Assembly: GCA_036338695.1 (NCBI GenBank) | Contig: JAYZBQ010000048.1 | Coordinates: 160,001-224,000, forward strand | Origin: Myxococcota bacterium | GTDB taxonomy: Bacteria > Myxococcota > UBA4151 | DNA: 64,000 nucleotides | Direction: 5' to 3' | Shown here: piece by piece, positions 39,499 through 48,136 of the stretch | Numbering within the stretch: position 1 is the stretch's first letter | Layout of the letters: each line of letters starts with the position of its first letter | The notes under the pieces: generated by a model | Told to the model about the DNA's origin: nothing | Seen by the model: only the letters and a program-made list of their open reading frames with translations | Database searches by the model: none | Translations under genes and position numbers: made by a program

Positions 39499-40094
39499 GC
39501 GGACTCCCAGCCTCGCACCAGCTCGCGCAGCGAAGCCACCGGATCCGGCGACGACCACACGGCCGAGATCACCGCAGCGGCCCAAGCACCGGACGCTTTG
39601 ACTTGGCGCACGTGCGCGCCTTTGATTCCCCCGATGGCGACGACCGGCTTGCCTTGAGCCTGCAACACCGCCTCTTCCAGGGCGCGCACGCCGCGTGCGG
39701 GCAGCGCGTCTGCCTTGGAGGCGGTCGGATAGATGGGGCCAAAACCCAAATAGCTCACGCGCGTATCATCAGCAGCCACCTTGACTTGCTCAAGATCGTG
39801 TGTCGACCGACCGATTCGCTGCCCACCAACGCCGGGCGCAACGCCATCATCCTGGCCGAGATGAACGCCAGCAACGCCAGCAACGACCCACTCGGGGTGG
39901 TCATTAACGAAAAGCGGGACGCTCGATGCATTGCAGGCTTCAATGAGCGCGCTGAGTACCGCTGGACGCTGCCGTGCGCCCTTGGCGCGTAGCTGCACGG
40001 CGCAGGGCAAGTCCTGTCCCAGCGCCGTAAAAAATTCACGTGGTGCGGCGTGCGCAGCCGGCAAGTCCCAGATCAGGTAGATCCCACGCTTCAT
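39495..40094 (-). CDS. thiE: Thiamine-phosphate synthase
   Basis: VQLRAK, FVND, GVHLGQDD, GRSTH, GPIYPTASK, PVVAIGGI; ATG 40094 in ATGA overlap. Confidence 0.95.
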   Translation of the reverse strand: MKRGIYLIWDLPAAHAAPREFFTALGQDLPCAVQLRAKGARQRPAVLSALIEACNASSVPLFVNDHPEWVVAGVAGVHLGQDDGVAPGVGGQRIGRSTHDLEQVKVAADDTRVSYLGFGPIYPTASKADALPARGVRALEEAVLQAQGKPVVAIGGIKGAHVRQVKASGAWAAAVISAVWSSPDPVASLRELVRGWESA

Positions 40095-41431
40095 TTCTTG
40101 AGCATCCCGAGCGCTTTGAGCTTCTTGTGCAGGGTGTTGCGGTTCAGCCCGAGCTTGCGTGCAGCTGGCAATTGCTTCCCGCCGCACCGTTCAAGGACCA
40201 GACCGAACAAGCCGCGCTCTACCTCAGCGAGCACCTCGTGGTAGAGACGCTCTGGCAATTCCTCGTCGGCGGGTAAGCTCGCAGCCACCCGTTGGCGCAC
40301 AAGGTCGGCGAGGGGCAGACGCAACCAAGGGCCGCCGACACCGGCCGGCTGGCGCTCAGAGAGCTCCGCATCCACCAGCGGCATCAGCGCCTCGCCGCTG
40401 CGCCGAAGCAGGGTAATCCGCTCGAGGAAATGCCCGAGCTGGCGCACGTTCCCCGGCCACGACTCTTGCTGCAGGCGTTTGATCAAGCGGCGCTCCTGCG
40501 CAAACTGAGGCGCCAGATCCGCCACCAGCTCAGGGACATCCTCAAGACGCTCAGCCAGCGAGGGTACCCCGACGCGATGAACCGCTAGGCGATGATACAG
40601 GTCCGCACGAAACTCGCCGCGCGCAACCAGCGCCTGAAGCGGCTCATGATGCGTCGCCATCACCTGAACATCAACGCGTACGGGCTGCCCACCAAGCGGC
40701 AGGACCTCACCGGTCTCGAGCACCCGGAGCAGGCGCGCTTGCTGCGCCAAGGGAAGATCTCCGACCTGGTCGAGCACTAAGACGCCGCCGTCCGCCTCGA
40801 CAAAGCGTCCGATGCGGTCCTTCGTGGCGTCGGTGAACGCCCCTTCTGCGTGCCCAAACAACTCGGAGTCGAGCAGGCTCTCGGGGATGGCCGCCGCATT
40901 CACCGTGATGCAAGCAACGTGACGGCGGCGACCGAGTTGATGCAGCGCCTGGATCACGCGCTGCTTTCCGACGCCGGTCGCGCCGATGATCAAAATACGG
41001 TGATCGCCGCTGGCTAAGAGCCGGATCTGCTCGCGCAGTGCCCGCATGGCAGCAGAGCCTCCCGTGAGCCCCAGATCATCGCTGAGCTCAGCGGCGCCCT
41101 GCCCCAGAAGAGGTAAGGGCTGATCGGCGCGCAAAAACCCGGCCGCGCCGGCGCTGCTCAAGCGCGTGCGCTGCTCGATCGAATCGCAGCGGAAATAGAT
41201 CGGGAGGTGGCTGGCGCGTGCGAGCAGCTCAATCCCCTCACCGTCCGCCAGCTCAGCGTCGCTCAACACCGCATCAAACGCGCCGCCGATCAGCTCTCGC
41301 GCGGCGCTCATGGTCCCAGCCGCCGACACCTCAAAGCCCGCCGCGCCGTAGGCGAGCATCATCGCCTCGCGCGCTGCCCCGTCGCCCACGACGATGAGTA
41401 CAGCCTTGTTCGTTGCCTCGTTTTCGATCAT
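40091..41431 (-). CDS. Sigma54-dependent (NtrC-family) transcriptional activator
   Basis: Degenerate REC, GATGVGK, SELFGH..GAFTDA, FRADLYHRL, WPGNVRQL, Fis HTH AARKLGLNRNTLHKKL. Confidence 0.92.
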   Translation of the reverse strand: MIENEATNKAVLIVVGDGAAREAMMLAYGAAGFEVSAAGTMSAARELIGGAFDAVLSDAELADGEGIELLARASHLPIYFRCDSIEQRTRLSSAGAAGFLRADQPLPLLGQGAAELSDDLGLTGGSAAMRALREQIRLLASGDHRILIIGATGVGKQRVIQALHQLGRRRHVACITVNAAAIPESLLDSELFGHAEGAFTDATKDRIGRFVEADGGVLVLDQVGDLPLAQQARLLRVLETGEVLPLGGQPVRVDVQVMATHHEPLQALVARGEFRADLYHRLAVHRVGVPSLAERLEDVPELVADLAPQFAQERRLIKRLQQESWPGNVRQLGHFLERITLLRRSGEALMPLVDAELSERQPAGVGGPWLRLPLADLVRQRVAASLPADEELPERLYHEVLAEVERGLFGLVLERCGGKQLPAARKLGLNRNTLHKKLKALGMLKK

Positions 41432-41461
41432 GGACCTCGCCAAGACTTATGGAGTGTCCCT

Positions 41462-42661
41462 ATGCAACATCAGGAAGTCGTTCTCGTCGAGGCCCTTCGA
41501 TCACCGATCGGTCGGCTCGGAGGTCAGCTCGCCAATGTCCGGCCTGATGACCTGCTCGCAGAGGTGGTTCGCCAGGTCGTTACGCGCAGCGGTATCGACC
41601 CGAAACTGATCGACCAAGTCTACGCCGGCGCAGCCAATCAGGCAGGTGAAGACAACCGCAACGTGGCGCGCATGGCGACGCTGCTCGCCGGGTTGCCGGA
41701 CAGCGTCCCTGGGGTGACGGTCAACCGGCTCTGTGCGTCCGGACTCGAGGCGGTCGTCCAAGGCTATCGCCAGATCGCTCTCGGCGAGGCGCAGTGCGTG
41801 GTCGCAGGGGGCGTCGAGAGCATGAGCCGGGCTCCCTACGTCCTGGCCAAAGCGTCCAAAGCCTTCCCCGTCGGCGGTCTCGAAGCCCAAGACACCTGCC
41901 TTGGGTGGCGGTTCAAGAACCCGAAACTCGAAGCCATTTTCCCGCTCGAGGCGATGGGTTGCACCGCTGAAAACCTCGCCGACGACTATCAGATCAGCCG
42001 CCGCGAACAGGATGAATTTGCGCTCGCGTCTCAGAACAAGGCGATCGCTGCCATCGACGCCGGCGACTTCAAGCGCGAGATCGTGCCCATCGAGGTCGCT
42101 TATCGAAAGCACACCGAGACGGTGGACACCGACGAGGGGCCGCGACGCGGCTCGAGTCTAGAGGCTCTCAGCGGCTTGCGCGCCGTCTTTCGAGGCGGCG
42201 GAAGCGTCACAGCCGGCAACGCGTCCACGCTCAACGATGGCGCCTCTGCGCTGATGGTGTGCAGCCGAACATTCGCCGAGGCGCATGGGCTCAAAGTACG
42301 CGCCACCGTGCGCAGCGTGGGCAGCGCCGGGGTCGATCCAACCCGCATGGGGATCGGGCCCGTCCCGGCGAGCCAGCAAGCGCTCAAGCGCGCCGGCTTG
42401 AGCGCCAGCGACCTTGACCTGATCGAGCTCAACGAAGCCTTCGCAGTCCAAAGCCTTGCATGCATCCGAGAGCTCGAGCTCGACCCAGCACGCGTCAACG
42501 TGCGCGGCGGCGCCATCGCGCTCGGACACCCCTTAGGCTGCTCCGGGGCGCGTATTCTCACCACGCTGCTGCACGCGCTCGAGGACCGCGATCAATCGCT
42601 CGGCCTCGCCACCCTCTGCGTCGGCGTGGGTCAAGGGCTAGCGATGATCATCGAGCGTTAA
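41462..42661 (+). CDS. Acetyl-CoA C-acyltransferase (thiolase, PcaF/PaaJ-like)
   Basis: NQAGEDNRNVARM, NRLCASG, NEAFA, GHPLGCSG, LCVGVGQG. Confidence 0.95.
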   Translation: MQHQEVVLVEALRSPIGRLGGQLANVRPDDLLAEVVRQVVTRSGIDPKLIDQVYAGAANQAGEDNRNVARMATLLAGLPDSVPGVTVNRLCASGLEAVVQGYRQIALGEAQCVVAGGVESMSRAPYVLAKASKAFPVGGLEAQDTCLGWRFKNPKLEAIFPLEAMGCTAENLADDYQISRREQDEFALASQNKAIAAIDAGDFKREIVPIEVAYRKHTETVDTDEGPRRGSSLEALSGLRAVFRGGGSVTAGNASTLNDGASALMVCSRTFAEAHGLKVRATVRSVGSAGVDPTRMGIGPVPASQQALKRAGLSASDLDLIELNEAFAVQSLACIRELELDPARVNVRGGAIALGHPLGCSGARILTTLLHALEDRDQSLGLATLCVGVGQGLAMIIER

Positions 42662-44099
42662 TCGCCTCGATCAAGCGCTCGTGGATGCCGCCAAAGGCGC
42701 CGTTGGACATGACGACCACCAGATCCCCCGGGCGCACGCTCTGCGCCACCTCACGAACGATCGTCTCGACGTCTGGGCCAAACTCGGCCTCAACGCCGCG
42801 CAGCCGCAACCCAGCGACGAGGTCTTCGGGTAAAAACCGCTCCGCCTCAGGCAGCTCGGCGGCGCGCGCATTAGCGGCGATCCAGACCCGATCGGCGGCA
42901 TCGAAGGCTTCGGTATAGGGCTGCTGAAAAACCTTCCGGCAGCTCGTCGCAGAGCGAGGCTCAAATAAAGCAAAGATACGCTGATCTGGATGCCGCTCGC
43001 GAACACCTTCAAGGGTCGTCGCCACGGCGGTTGGGTGGTGGGCGAAGTCATCGAACACGGCGACGTCGTGCGGTCGCCCGCGCAGCTCCATGCGGCGCTT
43101 GACCCCCCTAAAGGCGCGCAGTCCCTCGGCCAAGGTACCATGATCCACCCCGAGCGTTCGACACACCTCATAAGCCGCGAGCGCATTGGCGACGTTGTGC
43201 CGACCGTACACAGGAATCAGGAGGTCCCCGATCGGCTCATCGTTCCGCCAGAGACTGAGCGTGTACCCCTCATCGGTTGCGTGGAGGTCGCGCAGCTCAG
43301 GTCCTGGATAACCGCCGTACGGTCGCACCTCCAGCCCGGCGGGTGCCCGCTCGGCGGTCGCCATCGCGCCCGGATCGGTTGCGCAAGGTAAGAGGCTCCC
43401 CTGACGTGAAGCGACGAGCTGAGCGAGGAGATCAAAGGCGGCCTCGACCTCGGCGAGGTCGGCGTAGATGTCGGCGTGATCAAACTCGACGCTCGTCAGC
43501 ACGGCGGTCTGAGGTTGGTAGTGCTTAAACTTGGGGACCTTGTCGAAGTAGGCGGTGTCGTATTCATCGCCCTCGAGGACCACGAACGGTCCCTGGCCGA
43601 CGCGAAAGCTCCGGCCGAAGTTGAGGGGGATACCGCCCACGAGGAAGGTCGGGTCGAGCTTTGCGAAGTGGAGCAGATGAGCGACCATCGAGGTGGTCGT
43701 GGTTTTGCCGTGGGTGCCTGCGAGGACCACGGCATGCTTATCGTGAAGGAAGAGGGCACCGAGCGCGCGCGGAAAGCTCGTGTGGACAAAGCCTCGGTCG
43801 CGAACGGCTTGCGCCTCGGGGTTGTCACGACGGATCACGTTACCGACGATGACCAGGTCGGGCTGATGATCGAGGTTGGATGCTTTGTAGCCCTCCATCA
43901 GCTCAATGCCGAGCGCTTCAAGCTGGGTCGACATCGGCGGATAAACGCCTGCATCCGAGCCGGTCACTCGATACCCCTTAGCGCTGAGCATACCGGCAAA
44001 GGTACCCATCGCCGTGCCACAGATCCCGAGGATGTGGATCGAGCGGACGTGGCTCAGATCCGGCAAATCAGACGTATCGATGGCTTTGCTCACACGCAC
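42648..44099 (-). CDS. mpl: Murein peptide ligase
   Basis: GICGTAMG, VYPPMS, GTHGKTTT, EGDEYDTAYFDK, DDFAHHPTA, MSNGAFGGIH. Confidence 0.95.
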   Translation of the reverse strand: MRVSKAIDTSDLPDLSHVRSIHILGICGTAMGTFAGMLSAKGYRVTGSDAGVYPPMSTQLEALGIELMEGYKASNLDHQPDLVIVGNVIRRDNPEAQAVRDRGFVHTSFPRALGALFLHDKHAVVLAGTHGKTTTTSMVAHLLHFAKLDPTFLVGGIPLNFGRSFRVGQGPFVVLEGDEYDTAYFDKVPKFKHYQPQTAVLTSVEFDHADIYADLAEVEAAFDLLAQLVASRQGSLLPCATDPGAMATAERAPAGLEVRPYGGYPGPELRDLHATDEGYTLSLWRNDEPIGDLLIPVYGRHNVANALAAYEVCRTLGVDHGTLAEGLRAFRGVKRRMELRGRPHDVAVFDDFAHHPTAVATTLEGVRERHPDQRIFALFEPRSATSCRKVFQQPYTEAFDAADRVWIAANARAAELPEAERFLPEDLVAGLRLRGVEAEFGPDVETIVREVAQSVRPGDLVVVMSNGAFGGIHERLIEAINAR

Positions 44100-44166
44100 C
44101 TCCGCTCCCTTAGGCGCTATCGGCCCCTCGCGAGCAGGTCTTTACTTGAGCACGGCGTGCGTCGCC

Positions 44167-44631
44167 CTAGACCTCAAACCCCGAGAGCTCTGCGCCCATA
44201 AAACGCAGGTACAACATCACGTCGAGGGGGTCATAGGTCTGGCTCAGCGTCGAAGCCAGCGCCTGCGCGGCGTCGGCGTCGAGCTCGCTGATCCCATCGA
44301 GTTCGGCGTCGGTCAGACCGTCTTGGTGGTCGATACCGAGCTCATCGAGCGCAGCGCCGAGCAGCGAGCGCTTACCCATCAGGTAGACCCGAATCAGCTC
44401 CTCTGCGAGCTGTTGTCCGTTGCCGTCCTCATCGCCGACGCCTGCGAAGGCTCGCTGCAGCTTCAAGATACGCGCCGGGTCTTTGCCTGGGAGCAAAGAC
44501 GACGCCGTCTTTTTCGCTTTCGGGATGGAGAAGCGAGCAAAAAGGGTCTCACGCGAGCGCCTCGGACAGGCAGCCAGCACCCGACCAAAAAACTCCTCGG
44601 GCATCTCTCGAATCAACTGCGAAGGGATCAT
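44167..44631 (-). CDS. Hypothetical protein
   Basis: AAGGAG RBS, host-like codon usage, LDELGIDHQDG motif. Confidence 0.7.
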   Translation of the reverse strand: MIPSQLIREMPEEFFGRVLAACPRRSRETLFARFSIPKAKKTASSLLPGKDPARILKLQRAFAGVGDEDGNGQQLAEELIRVYLMGKRSLLGAALDELGIDHQDGLTDAELDGISELDADAAQALASTLSQTYDPLDVMLYLRFMGAELSGFEV

Positions 44632-44700
44632 CAGCCACTCCTTACAGGGAGCGACCTAACGGAAAATCAGCGTCGGTTCTAGCGCGCCTTGCCGGCTTAT

Positions 44701-45330
44701 CTAGACCTCTTCGTCCACGCCCTGCTCAGCCTGTGCATCGAGGGTGGCGTTCTCTTGGGGCGCCACGCCATCAAGCCCTGTATCGGCCACCGTCGGCTCG
44801 GCTACGGCGGGCGCTACAAGCTCGCCGGCGTCAGCGATGGCCTGGTCGTACTCCGCGCGTTCGATGCCTCCGTTGCGGTCCGTATCGAGCGCGTCCATCC
44901 CGAGCTTGGCGGCGACCTCAGCGATGGTCGAGCGAAAGGAGGTATCTTCCGGGAGCCGGTTGAGCGTCCCACGCTCGAGCTCACGAGCCGAGATGGCGCC
45001 GTCTTTGTTCGCGTCGAGCTCGGTAAAAGCTGCGTCCGCGAGCTGGGGGTCGATCCGGCCTTGGGCGTCTTGCACGTCGCCGGGCATGACGTCCTTAGCG
45101 ACGCCGCTGAACTCGTTCCAAGTGACCTTACCGTCTTTGCTGGTGTCGAGGTTGTCGATAAACGCGGAGGACGCCTTATCGTGTACGATCCCAAAGAGAC
45201 CCGCTTTGACGCCCGCATCTTTGAGGTGGCTCTTCACCTCGCCCTTGGAGATCGCCTCGTCCTGATTGCGGTCCATCCGATTAAAGAGTCGGTCAAAGGT
45301 TTGGGGCTTGTTCCCTACGCGGTTCGGCAT
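44701..45330 (-). CDS. Four-EF-hand calcium-binding protein
   Basis: DRNQDEAISKGE, DTSKDGKVTWNE, DANKDGAISARE, DTDRNGGIERAE loops; GGAGG before ATG 45330. Confidence 0.88.
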   Translation of the reverse strand: MPNRVGNKPQTFDRLFNRMDRNQDEAISKGEVKSHLKDAGVKAGLFGIVHDKASSAFIDNLDTSKDGKVTWNEFSGVAKDVMPGDVQDAQGRIDPQLADAAFTELDANKDGAISARELERGTLNRLPEDTSFRSTIAEVAAKLGMDALDTDRNGGIERAEYDQAIADAGELVAPAVAEPTVADTGLDGVAPQENATLDAQAEQGVDEEV

Positions 45331-45426
45331 GGTCCCTCCGTCTCTAGGGAGCATTATCGTCACAACGGGGCATAAGTTGCCAGGGGTCGAGCGAAATTTC
45401 TGTGCCTGCGCTGCCCGCGCACGACC

Positions 45427-46311
45427 TCACGTCTTGTCGTCCTCAACAAAGGCGAGGACCTCCGAGAGGCGATCGATAGGCAGCGTCACTCGGTTGCGCA
45501 TCCCACCGCCGAGCCCAAAGACCGCCGTCAGGTCAATGGGGTTGTCGAGCGCCGTGGCGACGCTCACGCGCCCATCACCCCCTACAAAAACGCCATACTC
45601 GGCACGCTCCTGCGCTAGCAAAAGCGCCTGCGTGCGATCAATTTTACGCTTCGCTTGACGGACATCCACCCACCACGCCCGCCCCACGCGCTCGCCCTTG
45701 AGCACCGACGCCACGGTGCGCTCGACTCGTTGCGCATACTTGGCCGCCGCTTCATCAACGGCGCGCGCAACCGCAACCGGCTCAGCAGGGCGGGTGAGGC
45801 TCGTGAGCACCATACGCAACATCGGCTCATCGTGACGTACAGCCAAGGCAGCTGCGAGGCGCTCCGCGCGTGCGCTCGCCACGCCGACGCGCGAGTCGAT
45901 GGCGCGGGCGTCGGCGTCGCAGCCAGGGTAGGGCTCGACGCCCCCGTTTAGGAACTTGGCAGCGGACGCGATCCCGTCAAAATCCGAGTGGCAGACGATG
46001 GTGTCCACCGAGCCGGCTTGCGCCACGCGCTCAGGGGTGACCAGCTCCGGGCAGCCGGGGTGTGCCGCCCTCGGGACCAACACAAAGCGCGCATCCTCGA
46101 TGTAGTCGCCATGGCGCTCATGGGTGTGGTGATCAATCCACAGCTTGAGGCGGTCCCCCAACCCTAGGATAAACGGCTCCGTGATCCGCTCAAAACTGCG
46201 GCTCCCTTGCGTGGCGCAAAAACCGATATCGAGCACGACCACGGCCTGTCCCAGCTCTGAAGGAGCAGGCAACCGATAAGGCGCCGCAAAGAAAACATCT
46301 GCGTCGATCAT
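45427..46311 (-). CDS. DHH-like phosphoesterase family protein
   Basis: VVVLD, WIDHH, CHSDFDG..S, C-terminal GGG. Confidence 0.7.
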   Translation of the reverse strand: MIDADVFFAAPYRLPAPSELGQAVVVLDIGFCATQGSRSFERITEPFILGLGDRLKLWIDHHTHERHGDYIEDARFVLVPRAAHPGCPELVTPERVAQAGSVDTIVCHSDFDGIASAAKFLNGGVEPYPGCDADARAIDSRVGVASARAERLAAALAVRHDEPMLRMVLTSLTRPAEPVAVARAVDEAAAKYAQRVERTVASVLKGERVGRAWWVDVRQAKRKIDRTQALLLAQERAEYGVFVGGDGRVSVATALDNPIDLTAVFGLGGGMRNRVTLPIDRLSEVLAFVEDDKT

Positions 46312-46320
46312 GGTCTGATC

Positions 46321-47082
46321 CTACCGTGCCAGGAAGCCGCTGACGACCTCGGCAAAGGTCTTTGGGTCCTCGACCGGCACGGCGTGCCCAAGCCCCTCGA
46401 GCGCGACGAACCCACCCCGCTGCAGACGCTGCGCGTTGCGCTGCTGCTCGACGGCGAGCGCAAAGCGGTCCTCAGCGCCGGCGACCACCAGCGTCTCCGT
46501 CACCAACGCCTCGAGCTGAGGGGGGTGATCGTTGAGAATCCCGAGGATCAGGCTCCGGATCCCTTCGGCGCTGTTGCGACGCACGGTCGCCTGAACCATC
46601 TGCGCCGGCTCCACGCCCCGCAGCAGACCATCACCGATAATCCAAGGCATCGCCGCCCACCCAAGCGCCTCGAGGCCGCCTCGATCAAGCGCCTCCAACC
46701 ATGACTCAACGACCAACCGCGCGACCGTCCCAGCCCCCAAACTTGTGGAGGTCAGCACCAGCTTGTTTACCCGCTCCGGCTGACTCGACGCCATCTGCAG
46801 CGCCACGCGCCCGCCATACGAAAACCCGCACAGGTCGAGGGAGCGGATGCCGAGACCATCCAACCACCGCCAGACGACCTGTGCCTGCGCCTCGGGAGTC
46901 CCGCTAGGAAGCGGCTCCGTCCCCGCTTGGCCGGGAAGATCCGTGAGCAATACGCCGTGCCCGAGTGTCGCGAGGGCGCGGCCTGCCGTCGTCCAGTTCG
47001 CGGTCGTCTGGGTCAATCCGTTGAGGCAAAGGAGCGGCGGCCCCTCACCGAGGCGCCTGAGCTTGAGGGTGCGCTCAGTCAT
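46321..47082 (-). CDS. Alpha/beta hydrolase
   Basis: GEGPPL, DLPGQ, GFSYGG nucleophile elbow, GAEDR, LGHAV. Confidence 0.92.
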   Translation of the reverse strand: MTERTLKLRRLGEGPPLLCLNGLTQTTANWTTAGRALATLGHGVLLTDLPGQAGTEPLPSGTPEAQAQVVWRWLDGLGIRSLDLCGFSYGGRVALQMASSQPERVNKLVLTSTSLGAGTVARLVVESWLEALDRGGLEALGWAAMPWIIGDGLLRGVEPAQMVQATVRRNSAEGIRSLILGILNDHPPQLEALVTETLVVAGAEDRFALAVEQQRNAQRLQRGGFVALEGLGHAVPVEDPKTFAEVVSGFLAR

Positions 47083-48136
47083 CTCGACGCAGATCCGGTG
47101 GGCTCTTGATCCCCTGTTCCACGCTTCGAGCCGGCGCAGCCCCCAGCTCGAGCGGCCGATCCAGCGTCACCCAGTCCATCCCGCCGCGTCCGTCTGCGAC
47201 CACAAACCAGAGGCGAACCCGTGCGGGCACCGCCTCCGTGCGCCCTTGGGTGTTGAGCGCCCAGGTCACCTCGACCGGGTAGTATTCGGGCTCCTCGGCG
47301 GTCGAGTCGAAGGTACGCACCGGCTTCTGGTCGGCGCCGAAACGGCCGTCGGTTCGGTAAAACCTCATGTTCATGCGCTCGCGCCGCTCCTCGATGCGCA
47401 CGCGCTCTTCGATCTCCTCGGGCGTCAGGCTGTCGGCTTGGCTCGGGTCAACGCCGGTAAAATCGATACGCAGCGCTTGGAAGTCTTGCCGGTGTACTTT
47501 GTCGATGGCGAGCCGAAACAGGTAATCCGTATTGGCTTGAAGCGCCGCCTCCTCGGCGACGGGCGTGAGCACATTTTGTGCATCGAGGGTGAACACCTCA
47601 AGCGGCGGCAACACGGGGTTACGGTTTCGTGTCATCTCAAAAAACTGATCGGCGGTCGGGTCGGCCGGGTTGGGCGCCGGTTTGACCACCAGGCGCTTGA
47701 ACGCACGGTCTTGCTCACCGCCTAAGCGATCTTTGATCTCAAGCGTGAGCCGCTTCCAATACCCCGCGACGAAGTTGAATTGCTCGACCTCCTCTTGCGG
47801 CAGGGTCTCTGGGACCGCGTAGACGAGCTCATCGGCGGTGCTGATCACCCGCTCGCGGCTGCGATCACGGCACCAATCTCGGCTCTCACCCCCGTCGCCC
47901 CCCTCATCATCGAGGCGCTCACAGTCGAGCCAGGTCGAGTCGATCACCCCGTCAAAACCCACCGGCAGTGCCACTAGCGGGGTCACCCTGACGGTGTCGC
48001 CGATGCGCGCCTCGGGCGGCTCGATCTTCATGGCCAGCACGCGGGGGCGATAGATGTCCCCTTCCGACTCCAGCTCATACACCGTGCACGCGCTCGTCAG
48101 CAGCAACGCCAGTCCGAACCACCTCACCATGACCAC
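47075..48136 (-). CDS. Lipoprotein associated with TonB-dependent receptor
   Basis: Lipobox TSA-C, PRVLAMKIEPPE, NRNP, LWFVVADGRGGMDW. Confidence 0.75.
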   Translation of the reverse strand: MVMVRWFGLALLLTSACTVYELESEGDIYRPRVLAMKIEPPEARIGDTVRVTPLVALPVGFDGVIDSTWLDCERLDDEGGDGGESRDWCRDRSRERVISTADELVYAVPETLPQEEVEQFNFVAGYWKRLTLEIKDRLGGEQDRAFKRLVVKPAPNPADPTADQFFEMTRNRNPVLPPLEVFTLDAQNVLTPVAEEAALQANTDYLFRLAIDKVHRQDFQALRIDFTGVDPSQADSLTPEEIEERVRIEERRERMNMRFYRTDGRFGADQKPVRTFDSTAEEPEYYPVEVTWALNTQGRTEAVPARVRLWFVVADGRGGMDWVTLDRPLELGAAPARSVEQGIKSPPDLRRDD

